NCBI GenBank assembly: GCA_023231475.1
Contig: JALJEE010003011.1
Span: forward strand, 13,566-77,565
Direction: 5' to 3'
DNA length: 64,000 bases
Source: Seison nebaliae
Taxonomy: Eukaryota
The notes beneath the pieces are model-generated. The model did not search any database, was not told where the DNA came from, and saw only the letters and a program-made list of their open reading frames with translations. Within the stretch, counting starts at the first letter, position 1. Each line of letters begins with the position of its first letter. Shown piece by piece: positions 44,001-52,219 of the stretch. The position numbers and the translations under genes are program-made.

Positions 44001-44174
44001 ATTATTCGAGATATTTTGAGTGAAAGTCCAAAAGAAATTTTCGCTCATACCAAACATTTGACAGATTTACAATCATTATTTCATGACGTATTTCCTTCAG
44101 AATTCAATGTTCGTTTATTCGTAAAAACGAAATGCGGAAAGAACTGGGGCCAACTCTCTCATCTTTCCATCTAA
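38076..44174 (+). CDS. POLQ: DNA polymerase theta (POLQ/Mus308 type): N-terminal superfamily-2 helicase fused to a C-terminal family-A DNA polymerase; 2032 aa, intronless
   Basis: ATG at 38076. Helicase motifs: Walker A 'FSAPTSAGKTLVAE', DEAH-like 'CVDEFHMIE', motif III 'CMSATMSN', and later 'TTTLSAGINLP' and 'QMIGRVGRMG'. Polymerase domain: motif A 'ISFDYSSIELRVVAFFSQD' (Pol I family 'DYSQIELR'), motif B 'RNSVKIFIYSYIYGAS', motif C 'IQIHDELLF'. A long N/D-rich disordered linker contains an internal ~150-nt tandem duplication (41742-42040; 'DLSV(I/V)EDSELIIDES(K/R)NEIVKKE' x2). Confidence 0.85.
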   Translation: MGKRKRKRKNFFNLQQRLDVSEAQVKLDVDRGFRTIIYPSEDDYSLSLSDWHLPSKLLLTYKNEKITQLLSWQRECLLYGKDEKENVLNGKYNLIFSAPTSAGKTLVAELLIIKRLFENHLNLKKKKKKKKKVLFILPYVAVAIEKTEYFRRLLKHFQSINVVGLIGNYENNDSANEWDLAIATIEKANSMINRYLKKEEYDSVHDIFTAICVDEFHMIEMSDRGELIDLILTKFNYHQNYDIDDRCQIICMSATMSNIEQYSLWIDNCLSFQSNYRSLEIEEYLMVENRLIDIHQKKTNHLLINIKDYLQYLFSVMGETRKLPRFNDNGNISSLLLKVFLDVTRQLFECLEEEFKLGNGERTIDDILKKKIKEGAAGGILLFVNSRKRAEVLAKSINDDIFNCLISLSQFSRFVYEKFGEIKNKSIEQFFEMIENVKKSFVDNRKLIEIQLIFLLLLYVFDKEKCDDLCQLYQETVPDTGESSRKLLKLISFGIAYHHADLTSEQRNLVEYGFRSQAIKVIVATTTLSAGINLPSSHVIIRNFQVIRSFQSNRIDHILYEQMIGRVGRMGYANKLATSILICEKEMEYENMIKERNEIITKRIEGGKEKSITTLTPQMERLLIRRKDISIDRKNGMRLNESSIAITNDDKEKLMEKFVMDNRFICKSINRTILIDLNEKIVKQLSRYFIELIIQNKKKLSIDNLWKSIDRTYRLRLLFNSHGIDENDRFVFRILSISLTLNYLYKNDLIIIENEMECAQLIDYRLWTNDGIEISFKFKNLFELIINYHSSIFCRSTRFASAVHYSALSTFQAQLIMKDLSKARESVVLDTDLHLLYLITPIDLGRSILDDWNNYLKIFQSLPSAEKRVAQRIGIKERLMVEMSLSNVNRSDNSLHNYERFFCSLILFDLINEKSYQLISEKFEKSCAFIQSIQNRSASYASIVYRFTGALGWNYLETILKQLIPRLEFGIHTDLIDLMSLDLFINRTIARILFDEGLESVECLRDLIEEDVEESREKLTRIILNNYKFNLNNKNNNKHLLNMLSIFIPTTSSLISVEECVDRIIQHFHMFDDGKMEEDEIEEMKIGNDIEKNRSLINVEKDDDCENGVSPMKRKVTENQTIGNQTNQMSTIHQMMKEDNSILLLSDNDDNNDNNNNESSLIIDDFHPKLSLVHSSTFCEEKIHSTNHKNSQFLTNILNNNNNSNNNNDNGKETNNLLFLTNDLSVIEDSELIIDESKNEIVKKEIILTNHNDNKNNDIINNDIINNDGIIDDNDLSVVEDSELIIDESRNEIVKKENIISSNHNDNKFDDNIDSIIDDDNDDEKKYDKNYYKNDDDDDEVIEDSIIGRKEILFELKLNDVKTWKFIELTENNLEETKKFIQHFTTSKKYPMIIEIDEKELHFSLIPFKQIWYISLRSLKMLKTFDKMRHFLHYFFFHKFPVYRIVHNYRRYFHSLLKWWSDFLVDDMKLIDLIHRDKNEYVDIYFLLWLLKKSEEIHETDSSDSQLSVEIELFNYLQQQYGPVKNCEDVDEKRKKKFMFILQIHETFHFLLHRIDESNLRYLFFIIEMKCQKYILLMELVGLYMNGKKLLEFSNNFNDEQTELIKRFRLQLSLTEDDIDVNLESNSSIYTMIRNWECQTIRRQKKRRIVRRQMMKDLSLLYPELFEIIRNYRKNLFLFHQLIQPVFNQIRFMETNDNNDFLFLHYRYNTYNVTGRINAVYPSIQMMTTNDHRFPMRQLFSSNKSLLDDESLEELLKKINISPTKRIKENHFLNELNENRLLISFDYSSIELRVVAFFSQDLVLINLLNEEKIDIFQFVSDEMERLSDIKLTRNSVKIFIYSYIYGASVITIQSNLSKKNNKNFSIDFIKRLISLFQSMFPQFNSFQNHLMEFIESSHSIRTLGGRSRIFSQSASAGSILNTIIQGSVSDIIKYSMGKIMEELEGNHLHSIFPIIQIHDELLFNIREDKLNEFIPIIRDILSESPKEIFAHTKHLTDLQSLFHDVFPSEFNVRLFVKTKCGKNWGQLSHLSI

Positions 44175-45854
44175 TTCAATTTCACCACTTTCATATTTCA
44201 ATTATTCCCATTTTTATATTATTTCACATTAATTCAATTATTCTCTCTCTTTTCATCATTTACAGATGATTTTCAATGAATTGATTCACTTATACATTTC
44301 TCTATTGCTTCTTAAAACTAATTAAAATGTTATCATCATTATTTCAAGATTACGTTTTATGATTCTTCATTAAAATTCATTATTAGAAATTTAATCAAAA
44401 AGACAAATATAAGTAACAATTTTGGAAACTTATATATATTTTTTGTATATTTTGTTTCGCTACGCAAGCCCCAATATAACTCTATCGAGATGCATAGTAC
44501 GTTATTTCCCAAATATATGTGGTACGTGCGTAGACTACTGCGCTACACACGCCCTATATATTTTAGGTGGAAAGACTATTCTAAGATGGTTTATTTGAGG
44601 ATTATTATTTGATGCGTAGAAATTGAGTGTTTCATATCTTTTAAAATACCTAGATAATCCGAACTAAAATTAAAAGAAAAGTTAATGATGAACAATCAAT
44701 ATTTGAGATTTTTCTCATTGTACAAAAACCTGAAAAAACAGTGAAAACCGGAAACTTCATATAAAACCCCTATGGTGAGTTCGTATCAAATTGCGGTTGG
44801 TGAAAAGGAAACGAAACTATAAAAACGATAACCAATAGTAATGAATCATTCGTAGCCTGAAGAGACATATGTCATAAAATTATATTGATAAAATATAAAT
44901 AGGATAAATGTCCGCAAAAGTAACATGACTTGACAGAAAAATGTTTCATAGTTTTGATCGAATAAAGAAAAAGTGCAGAATTATGATTATTATGTATGAC
45001 TACGGACAGTGAATATAAAATTATGGATGGATCCTGAAAATCCAATATATATGCAAGGTATCCAATTCCCTTGAGGAATGAGTGAGGTATGAGATTTCAT
45101 TACAATCATCTAATATTAAAAAAAAATTTTTTATTCTTCCTTTTTATTATGTTTTAAACTATTTGAAATTATAATATTTATAATTGAAATATAAAATTCG
45201 ATCTTAAATAATCGATTAATTAACAAACTTTATTTTTCTCTATTTTTGAGATTCGAAAGTCCTATTTTAAGTGGTTAAACTTTAAGAAAATTTTGATCCA
45301 AGTAAAAAAAAAATTCGGTTTCAGCATGTAAAAAAAAACTAAAGTAATACTTTTTGTATGATGATGCTCCGTAGATTTTAGGTAACGTTGTTGATAGAAT
45401 GGTCGGTGCAACTGTAGAATGTGCAACTTCCTTCCTTCCCGATCAAAGATGTTTCGTATTCAGCTGCTTATGCGTTTGATCATATTATAGCTATTACCAA
45501 CAATATGAATATATTAAGACCGAACTCTCCAACAGTGATATTTCATGTAATGATTAAAAATTAAAATTTTGACTGATACGATAGCAGAATTGGAGGAAAT
45601 TATCCAGATAGGGCAACTATTCAGTAGATTGTTTTCAATATTTTTTAAAAATTATGTATTTTTGATTAGAAATATTTAAACATACCAGGTTGAGTTTGAT
45701 ATATTTAGCAAGAGCTTGAAATGCTCTACAAAATTTTTTATTAAATCATATTCCAAAATTATATCTAAAATTTGAAGGTTTTTAGTTTTAAGAATAAAAA
45801 GAATTTTTGAACATTCTTAAATTAATAATTTTAAATGAAATAAATAATACGTGT

Positions 45855-45886
45855 ATATAATATATATATCTATCTATCTATCTATT
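45855..45886. repeat. Compound (TA)n-(TCTA)n microsatellite
   Basis: Direct reading: 'tataatatatatatctatctatctatct'. Confidence 0.8.
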
Positions 45887-46165
45887 GTTATTTAGGAGGT
45901 ATTTTTCTCTCGTCAACAATATCAGTAATTCGAATTTCCCATTTTCATCTTTCGAACAGTGCGATGAATTCAAATCACCAGTTAAATTCTTTTGTGAGTA
46001 TTATGATATAGATTATCCATCATCTATTTCTTCGATGTGCCGTCTGTTCGAGAATTTCAACATCACCGATTTTGTACCTACATCTTTTTGGGTTATTACC
46101 TCGTGGTCGTGAGCTTATATCATCAAATAATTTCTCAAACATTTCAAAATTTCTATATTCTTTGA

Positions 46166-46255
46166 CCCGAGGGGATTCCGAATAAAGAAAAAATATATAT
46201 AATAAACATGTACAGTAATCTATCTCATTTTCTTTTTAATTTACCCCGAGGGGAT
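46166..46255. repeat. Pair of 12-14-nt direct repeats ('cccgaggggattYg') 78 nt apart, bracketing an AT-rich segment. Possible footprint of a small non-autonomous element.
   Basis: 'gacccgaggggattccg' is at 46163-46179 and 'accccgaggggatttga' at 46242-46258. Both are GC-rich islands in a ~90% AT context. Confidence 0.5.
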
Positions 46256-46706
46256 TTGATTTTATAATAAATAAATAATATATCTAATTGTTAATTATCA
46301 TAATTATTTATCTCTAATAATCTCTCACTTGTTCCCGTTGATCATGATGTTGGTGACGGTTTATAAAGATGCAAAATCTACATCGAACATTCATGCTCAT
46401 TAATTTTAGATGGAAATTTAAAAAAAAAAAATTTATCATACTCGAATGTTAGGAAAGAATTTTGGCATGTAGAACATTTATTAAAATTTTTCCAGAATTT
46501 TTCAAATTTCTTTTTAACAGTTGATGAGATTAAGTGGGAAGTCATGATCCATCATGATGGTGAAATGATAAATTTGGAATGGAAATTATTGAAAATGGAA
46601 AGAATAGGCTTTATGGACAAGATGTTTGTATTTGAATGGGAGGAGATGAAGTGGAAAGAATGTGAATTGAATTTATTAAGAGAATGCGAGAGAGTTGAAT
46701 GGAATT

Positions 46707-46733
46707 GTGTGTGTGTGTGTGTGTATGTATGTG
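46707..46733. repeat. (GT)n microsatellite ~270 nt upstream of the 47003 gene
   Basis: Direct reading: 'gtgtgtgtgtgtgtgtgtatgtatgtg'. Confidence 0.9.
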
Positions 46734-47002
46734 GGGTGATGGACAGGAGATGGCGGAAATGAATAAACTTCTGAAAATTCAAATGAAAAAGAGATTGGTA
46801 ATGATTATGGAAGAAATAAAGGAAGAAATAAAAGAAAACGATAAGGCTAAACGATCACAATAAGAGAATGATAGAATTGGAATGTTGGAGGAGAAAGGAG
46901 AAATATTTTGATGGAAGAAGTTATCAAAAAGAAATTTCCGATAAGAGTATAAAGAAGAATTTATGAAAACAACAATCATCGTGTTTTTATGTATTCTTTA
47001 GA

Positions 47003-48802
47003 ATGGCAACATCAACTGAAGGAATGACAACAACAACAACAACGACAGCGACACCTGATGGTGTGACAGTGACAAGTAACGAGAATGAGAATGGTTTAAA
47101 TGAGCAGATTCGAGTTCGTTGGGAAAGATTATTGAGACGATTAAGAAGTTGGAATGATTTGACGAATCAATCACCAGGTGAGAATCCTACAACTTCCACC
47201 TATCACTATCGTCGACGATGTAAAGATGAACGTTGTTGTTGTGGATTATTACCGATTGGATTGGGTGCATTTATTATCGCCGTTACTGATTTGGCTGTGC
47301 ATTTTATTCTTTTCAGTATTTTTTGTCTTTTTTTCTTCTTTCCTCATTGTCTCGATCCTCAATCCATTTCACAATGCTCCATCGAAGCCACACCTCATTT
47401 GGTAAATAATGAGAATTTACGGAAATTTCGATTGCCTCATTCTTCGTCCGCTTCTCTCTTGTCACCATTTCCCTCCTCACTCAAAGACACGAAAGAACAC
47501 AATCTTCTCACTCTATTGCACAATCGTGCGGAGAAACCGAAAACCGGAGGTGTCTACACCGCAACCAGTCAACTCTATCATTTTAATAATCCATTGAAAT
47601 TCTTGAAATATCCATGGAATCATTCATCAATCTTCTCATGTATGACGGATAAGAATACGCCGATGTATATCACCAAATTGGAGAGGGTAATGAGAGTGAA
47701 CGAGAAAGATTTGGGAAAAAATTCTTCGTCTACGAGACGACGAATTCGAGACAAGTTCCCCAATAATCACTATAAACCCACAGACATTTCAGTTCGGATG
47801 ATTTTCCAAATTTGCGAAATTATTATCATCATCCTTTATTTGCACGGAATCGTTGTTTGTCGTCCCAATTTTTCAATTTCTTATCTTTGTATGAACATCG
47901 TTTGGTTGGTAATAAATTCACTGAATGTTGTCGGTTCACGATCATATTTATTCTCAAGACAATTCTGGTTGGAATTCGATGAGAAGAAAATCTCTCAAAA
48001 TGTTTATCCGTTCCAACAGAAACATATGGAATTCGGTACGAATACAGAAATTGTGAATGAATTCCGTTTGTTGAACGAGAATCACAATTTGACGACTTGG
48101 GAGAATGGTCTCTTAGTTCACATGAAATGTGAATTGCCATTCAATCTCTTCTTTCCCATCCGAACGGAGAATGCACCACACGAAATCAAATTGTTATATT
48201 CGATGGGATTATTTATTTGTCAAACGACGATTCGCATCTACGTCATTATTATCATTTGGACGTGTTACAAATATTTGGTTTTAAAGCGTGCTAGACAGCT
48301 CTTACGAACGAACAATGATAATAATAATCAATCTAATGAAAATCGAAGTAATAATGATAATACTGATTCATATGCTAATAGACATCGATTCTATTCCGGT
48401 CCATTGACTGCATTATCGATTCTCCACAATGAATTATTTAATCGAAACTCTCAATCGATTAATACAGAGAGGAATGATCTCAATTCGAATCGGGTACGAG
48501 CGATGTTACTCATGTTATCGAATGAAAATAGGAATACTCGCCATTTCAATATATCCAACAATGACATCACCATGACAGATTTCAATAATGACAATTGTAA
48601 ATTACCGAAATATGAAGAATTACAAATAAACGATCCACCAAACTATTTCGAATCTCAACAACAGACAACAGTTATCAATAATGATGATAATCGAAATGAA
48701 AATGAAAATGATATCGAAATATCATTTATCGACAATAATAATAATAATAATACAAATAATGACAACAACAACAATACTGATATTGAAAGAGCGAATACAT
48801 GA
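47003..48802 (+). CDS. Hypothetical multi-pass membrane protein (about four predicted TM helices) with an N-terminal poly-Thr tract, a Cys cluster, a C-terminal N-rich tail and a PPxY motif; 599 aa
   Basis: ATG at 47003. Hydrophobic segments: 'LLPIGLGAFIIAVTDLAVHFILFSIFCLFFFF', 'IFQICEIIIIILYLHGIVV', 'YLCMNIVWLVINSLNVV', 'GLFICQTTIRIYVIIIIWTCY'. A 'DPPNYF' (PPxY) motif lies near the C-terminus. No confident homolog; an LAPTM/NDFIP-like adaptor is speculative. Confidence 0.45.
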   Translation: MATSTEGMTTTTTTTATPDGVTVTSNENENGLNEQIRVRWERLLRRLRSWNDLTNQSPGENPTTSTYHYRRRCKDERCCCGLLPIGLGAFIIAVTDLAVHFILFSIFCLFFFFPHCLDPQSISQCSIEATPHLVNNENLRKFRLPHSSSASLLSPFPSSLKDTKEHNLLTLLHNRAEKPKTGGVYTATSQLYHFNNPLKFLKYPWNHSSIFSCMTDKNTPMYITKLERVMRVNEKDLGKNSSSTRRRIRDKFPNNHYKPTDISVRMIFQICEIIIIILYLHGIVVCRPNFSISYLCMNIVWLVINSLNVVGSRSYLFSRQFWLEFDEKKISQNVYPFQQKHMEFGTNTEIVNEFRLLNENHNLTTWENGLLVHMKCELPFNLFFPIRTENAPHEIKLLYSMGLFICQTTIRIYVIIIIWTCYKYLVLKRARQLLRTNNDNNNQSNENRSNNDNTDSYANRHRFYSGPLTALSILHNELFNRNSQSINTERNDLNSNRVRAMLLMLSNENRNTRHFNISNNDITMTDFNNDNCKLPKYEELQINDPPNYFESQQQTTVINNDDNRNENENDIEISFIDNNNNNNTNNDNNNNTDIERANT

Positions 48803-49070
48803 ATGTCAATGTTTAAACAATTCAATATATTCTTCTCGTTTTGTTTCGTTTTAGATATTACTCTCAACATGTAACTTCAAATTCAAATATTTCATCTTCC
48901 TTTGAAAACAAGCCAAGATGAAAATATCGATTTCGATTCGATATTCATGAAAACATTTTAATCAATTAGATAATAAAAGAATTGGATTGGATTGGATAGT
49001 AAAGAGAATATTTATGGAACGTAAATTTGTTTTCATTTTCACATAAAAAAAATAAAGAGACAAATAATTC

Positions 49071-50175
49071 TCATTCATTTGAATAGCGAATCTTTTTCAG
49101 TTTGGATCGATGAGCTTTCAGTTCTCCTTCTCTTTTGCCCTCATCTTCGGATGATGAAGAAGAAGCCAAATCCATATCGGATCGTTCGATTACTGTATTC
49201 GTTAGATTTGGATGAATTGACGAAGTGATTCTCTCAATTCTCTCATCAATCTCATCAACGATCTTCATAAGTTTCTCTTGTTCCATTAACGATTGGCGAT
49301 AATCTCGAATGGTTTTTTGGAACGATTTTGAATTGATCGAAATCACATGATTAATTGTCGACAAATAATCTTCTACTTCTTTCTTCGTCTTTCCACATTC
49401 CTCCTTCATTTGCTTCAACGAAATATGTTCCTCTTTTAACGATTTCATCGACTTCTTTGCCGATTCTTTCCCCACCACAATCGAATTGGTTGGAAGAGTT
49501 GGATGAATTGAAGAATTCTTCAAATTCTCAAATTTTCCTTGAAAATATTCAAATTGATTCTTCTCATCCATTAACAATTCTCTCGATTTCATCGAGTTCT
49601 CTACTAATTTATTAAATTCTACACGTTCCTCTGTCAACAGAAATTAAATTTTAAACGAAAAAAAAAGAAATAAAACAATACTTGAATCGTCGTCGGTCAT
49701 CAGACGGATGGCATCGACTGGTGCCATTAACTTCTTGACGAAGTTGTCGGGATAAATCTTTCTTTCCTTCCAAATGTTGAGAACTCGTTTGAGACGTTCT
49801 AAAATTTTCCCGTTTTCTAAAGTCTTTCTAAAGAATTATTTAAAAATAAATTATTTTTCAATAAAATTTAAAATTGAACAAATTCTTTTCATTCAATGCT
49901 TCTAGAATATGTGGTTGGAAGAGTTCGTAGAAACATCTGGTTTTTCTTTGACAACGTTCCTCTTGAACGATGTGATTGAGGAGATAGAACAATGATAAAC
50001 GTTTTTTCCAACAACTATCCTCATAACTCATCATCCATCCTTTGACGATGACATCGGCATAATCTTCATTTTGTTGGATCCATTTAGCTGTTGTTTCTAT
50101 AGAAATTTGAGTTTCTTTTAAACTATTTAGCCGATTCGATACATCCATTACACTCAATTTATCAATATCGCCCAT
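49071..50175 (-). CDS. RPRD1: RPRD1 (regulation of nuclear pre-mRNA domain-containing protein 1, p15RS/CREPT family): CID domain plus C-terminal coiled coil. Three exons: complement(join(49071..49630,49682..49827,49880..50175)), 333 aa.
   Basis: ATG at 50175-50173. Exon 1 is 'MGDIDKLSVMDVSNRLNSLKETQISIETTAKWIQQNEDYADVIVKGWMMSYEDSCWKKRLSLFYLLNHIVQEE...FQPHILEALNEKN'. Human RPRD1A has '...LSNSQQSVQTLSLWIIQHRKHSRPIVTVWERELRKAKPNRKLTFLYLANDVIQNSKRKGPEF...APVIVEAF'. A 52-nt intron (donor TT|gt, phase 2) precedes exon 2 'LKTLENGKILERLKRVLNIWKERKIYPDNFVKKLMA...', matching 'ESCKKHLGRVLSIWEERSVYENDVLEQL'. A 50-nt intron precedes exon 3, the coiled-coil tail, which ends TGA at 49071. The ORF-track 'M' at 49637 is a TTG, not a start. 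Confidence 0.8.
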
Positions 50176-50359
50176 TAACTCGATATCTTTTTAAGATGGG
50201 CCTTTTCTTCGAATATCAATTCAACATTCTCTCCACTATCACTATTCACTCGATCTCTTATCTCATGAAAATATTAATTTGAAGAAATTTATTTTTCAAA
50301 AGAAAAATTCTGTAAAGAATAATCTCAATTACGCCATTAATAAATTAATTCTACTACTT

Positions 50360-51745
50360 CTATTTATACATTGGGAGAAATGTCTTTTGACAATTCATTT
50401 TCATTTGGGAACAATTGCATTGTCTCGTTGAAAATGTGTCGAAAAATGAATTGGGAAATGGATTTGCCGATTCGAACTCATATTTCTCGTTCGTATCCAA
50501 ACGCTCTATACGACAATAACATAAACTACTATTGCATTGTATTTTGCATTGACACAACACATTATCTATCCAACAATCACAGACACAGGCACTTGAGCCC
50601 GTGTCATCTACGAATGCAGAAACGTTTTCTATTCGAATATCAGTCGCATTTAAGAGATCGTCTGTCAATTGATTCGATTCCTCAATATTCTTACCGAATT
50701 CACTTATTGACCATGAATCAGTTGTTGCTACAGTTCCTTCACTCATTTGATTATCATCAAATTGGTATGATGATGACATGATTGATAATCCAGTATCGAT
50801 TTCCTTCATCCTCAATGAATTCGTATTATCCATATTATTTGTATTGTCATGAAAATTTAGAGTGTTATTAACATTATTATCTGTCAGGAAAGTTGATATG
50901 TCATTTTTATTCAATTGATCGAACAAATTTTCTGGTGAGTCACTCTTCCTTTCGTTGCCCATTCCAAATGGTAAGAGTTCTTGAAAAGTCTTTCCATCAC
51001 TCGAAATCTTTTCCTCGTATGATTTTAAATCAATATCAAAATGCATGGGAGATGTTCCTATGAAACTGGGGAATTCCATCGGCAAATCATCTGTCCATTG
51101 AATATCATTATTGAAATCGTTAAGACTTTTAGTTTCACTTATATTCGTTGTTGAACGATCCTCAGTTAATATGTTTGAGATTTCTGATATTGATTTTTCA
51201 TCGAACGAATCTTTCGTCTCATTAATTCTAATAGAATTATCGTCATGATGTTTCTGATGAGTTTTCAAAGATATTTTTGATTTATATGATTTTTTGCACA
51301 CATCACAAGCAAAATGACGATAATCATTATGTGTCAATTTGTGAGTGGTGAGATGATGAGCTAAACGAAACGATTTCAAACAAACATCACAATGAAACGG
51401 TTTCTCGTTCGAATGAATTCTCTGATGTTTCCTCAAATCATATTTCGTTGTGAACTTCTTCTCACAATCATTGCAATCATATAAATTATTAGTATGGATT
51501 CTTTTGTGGACGTTGAGTCGGTATAGTGTAGTGAAAGTCATTTGACATTCCTCACAGGAATAAGGACGTTCGTTCGTATGGACGACTTCGTGACGAAGAC
51601 GACGGATATTCCGAGAAAAAGTTTTCGAACAAAAAGAACATTTAAAACTATTAGTTAACTTATGGAACGACTTAATATGTTCTCGTAGATAAGATTTCAT
51701 CTTATAAGTTCGGTCACACTCCTCATATTCGCATTTGAAACTCAT
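50360..51745 (-). CDS. MTF1: MTF-1 (metal-regulatory transcription factor 1) homolog: six tandem C2H2 zinc fingers plus a C-terminal cysteine cluster
   Basis: The ORF track starts at a GTG (51793); the first ATG (51745-51743) gives 'MSFKCEYEECDRTYKMKSYLREHIKSFH'. There are six C2H2 fingers. Finger 1 'FKCEYEECDRTY' resembles MTF-1 'YQCTFEGCPRTY'. Finger 3 'FTTLYRLNVHKRIH' resembles 'FNTLYRLKAHQRLH'. Finger 4 'KKFTTKYDLRKHQRIHSNEKPF' resembles '[22 protein letters not shown]'. Finger 5 'SFRLAHHLTTHKLTH' resembles 'AFAASHHLKTHVRTH'. The C-terminal Cys cluster 'CVCDCWIDNVLCQCKIQC...CYC' is reminiscent of the MTF-1 'CQCQCAC' metal-sensing cluster. Confidence 0.75.
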   Translation of the reverse strand: MSFKCEYEECDRTYKMKSYLREHIKSFHKLTNSFKCSFCSKTFSRNIRRLRHEVVHTNERPYSCEECQMTFTTLYRLNVHKRIHTNNLYDCNDCEKKFTTKYDLRKHQRIHSNEKPFHCDVCLKSFRLAHHLTTHKLTHNDYRHFACDVCKKSYKSKISLKTHQKHHDDNSIRINETKDSFDEKSISEISNILTEDRSTTNISETKSLNDFNNDIQWTDDLPMEFPSFIGTSPMHFDIDLKSYEEKISSDGKTFQELLPFGMGNERKSDSPENLFDQLNKNDISTFLTDNNVNNTLNFHDNTNNMDNTNSLRMKEIDTGLSIMSSSYQFDDNQMSEGTVATTDSWSISEFGKNIEESNQLTDDLLNATDIRIENVSAFVDDTGSSACVCDCWIDNVLCQCKIQCNSSLCYCRIERLDTNEKYEFESANPFPNSFFDTFSTRQCNCSQMKMNCQKTFLPMYK

Positions 51746-52219
51746 TTCGTATTTTGTGGTTAATGGATAAACGATGATTTTCCCATATGACACTCATCAA
51801 CAATAAAATGGGCCCGTTTGTTTACAAGAATGGTTTCTCTTCAATAATTTTTCATATTGTGAAAAGAAATGTATAAAATTTATTTTTCTAAATTTCAATT
51901 TTCGGCCTTATATTTCCTTCGAAAATACAACCTGTGTTTACTACTTCCTTATCATGGAAATGTCCAAACTTGATCAATCTTACGCAATTTTATACAAAAG
52001 CTTTCAATTGATGAGTGATGTGATTAAATTGAAATTATAAGATGAAAGAAAAGTGAAATTTCCATGATTTCTTCTTTCCTTCATTAGAAGTTGGCCAATA
52101 TTCTGGAAAGAGTTTCATATACTTTCACAACAATTATTCTTTCCAATCTCCCCATCCATTACAAAAACTATTAAGGAAGAAGAATTTGATTGTTTGAAAA
52201 AAAAAGATTTTATTTTATC

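Noticed and set aside
46161-46180. Possible tRNA T-arm ('ggggattccgaat') or tRNA-derived SINE at the 'cccgaggggatt' repeats
   Set aside because: I could not fold a cloverleaf. There is no GTTCGAATC-type T-loop with a complementary 5-bp stem, no acceptor stem and no anticodon arm. I treat it as a simple direct repeat.
52190-52219. ORF-track start codons at 52190 (TEP1), 24212 (TGF-beta-like), 51793 (MTF-1), 1356 and 49637
   Set aside because: Inspection shows these 'M' residues are TTG or GTG codons rendered as Met by the ORF caller. I moved the starts to the first in-frame ATG (52220, 24242, 51745, 1353). For 49637 the TTG is internal to an exon reached by splicing.
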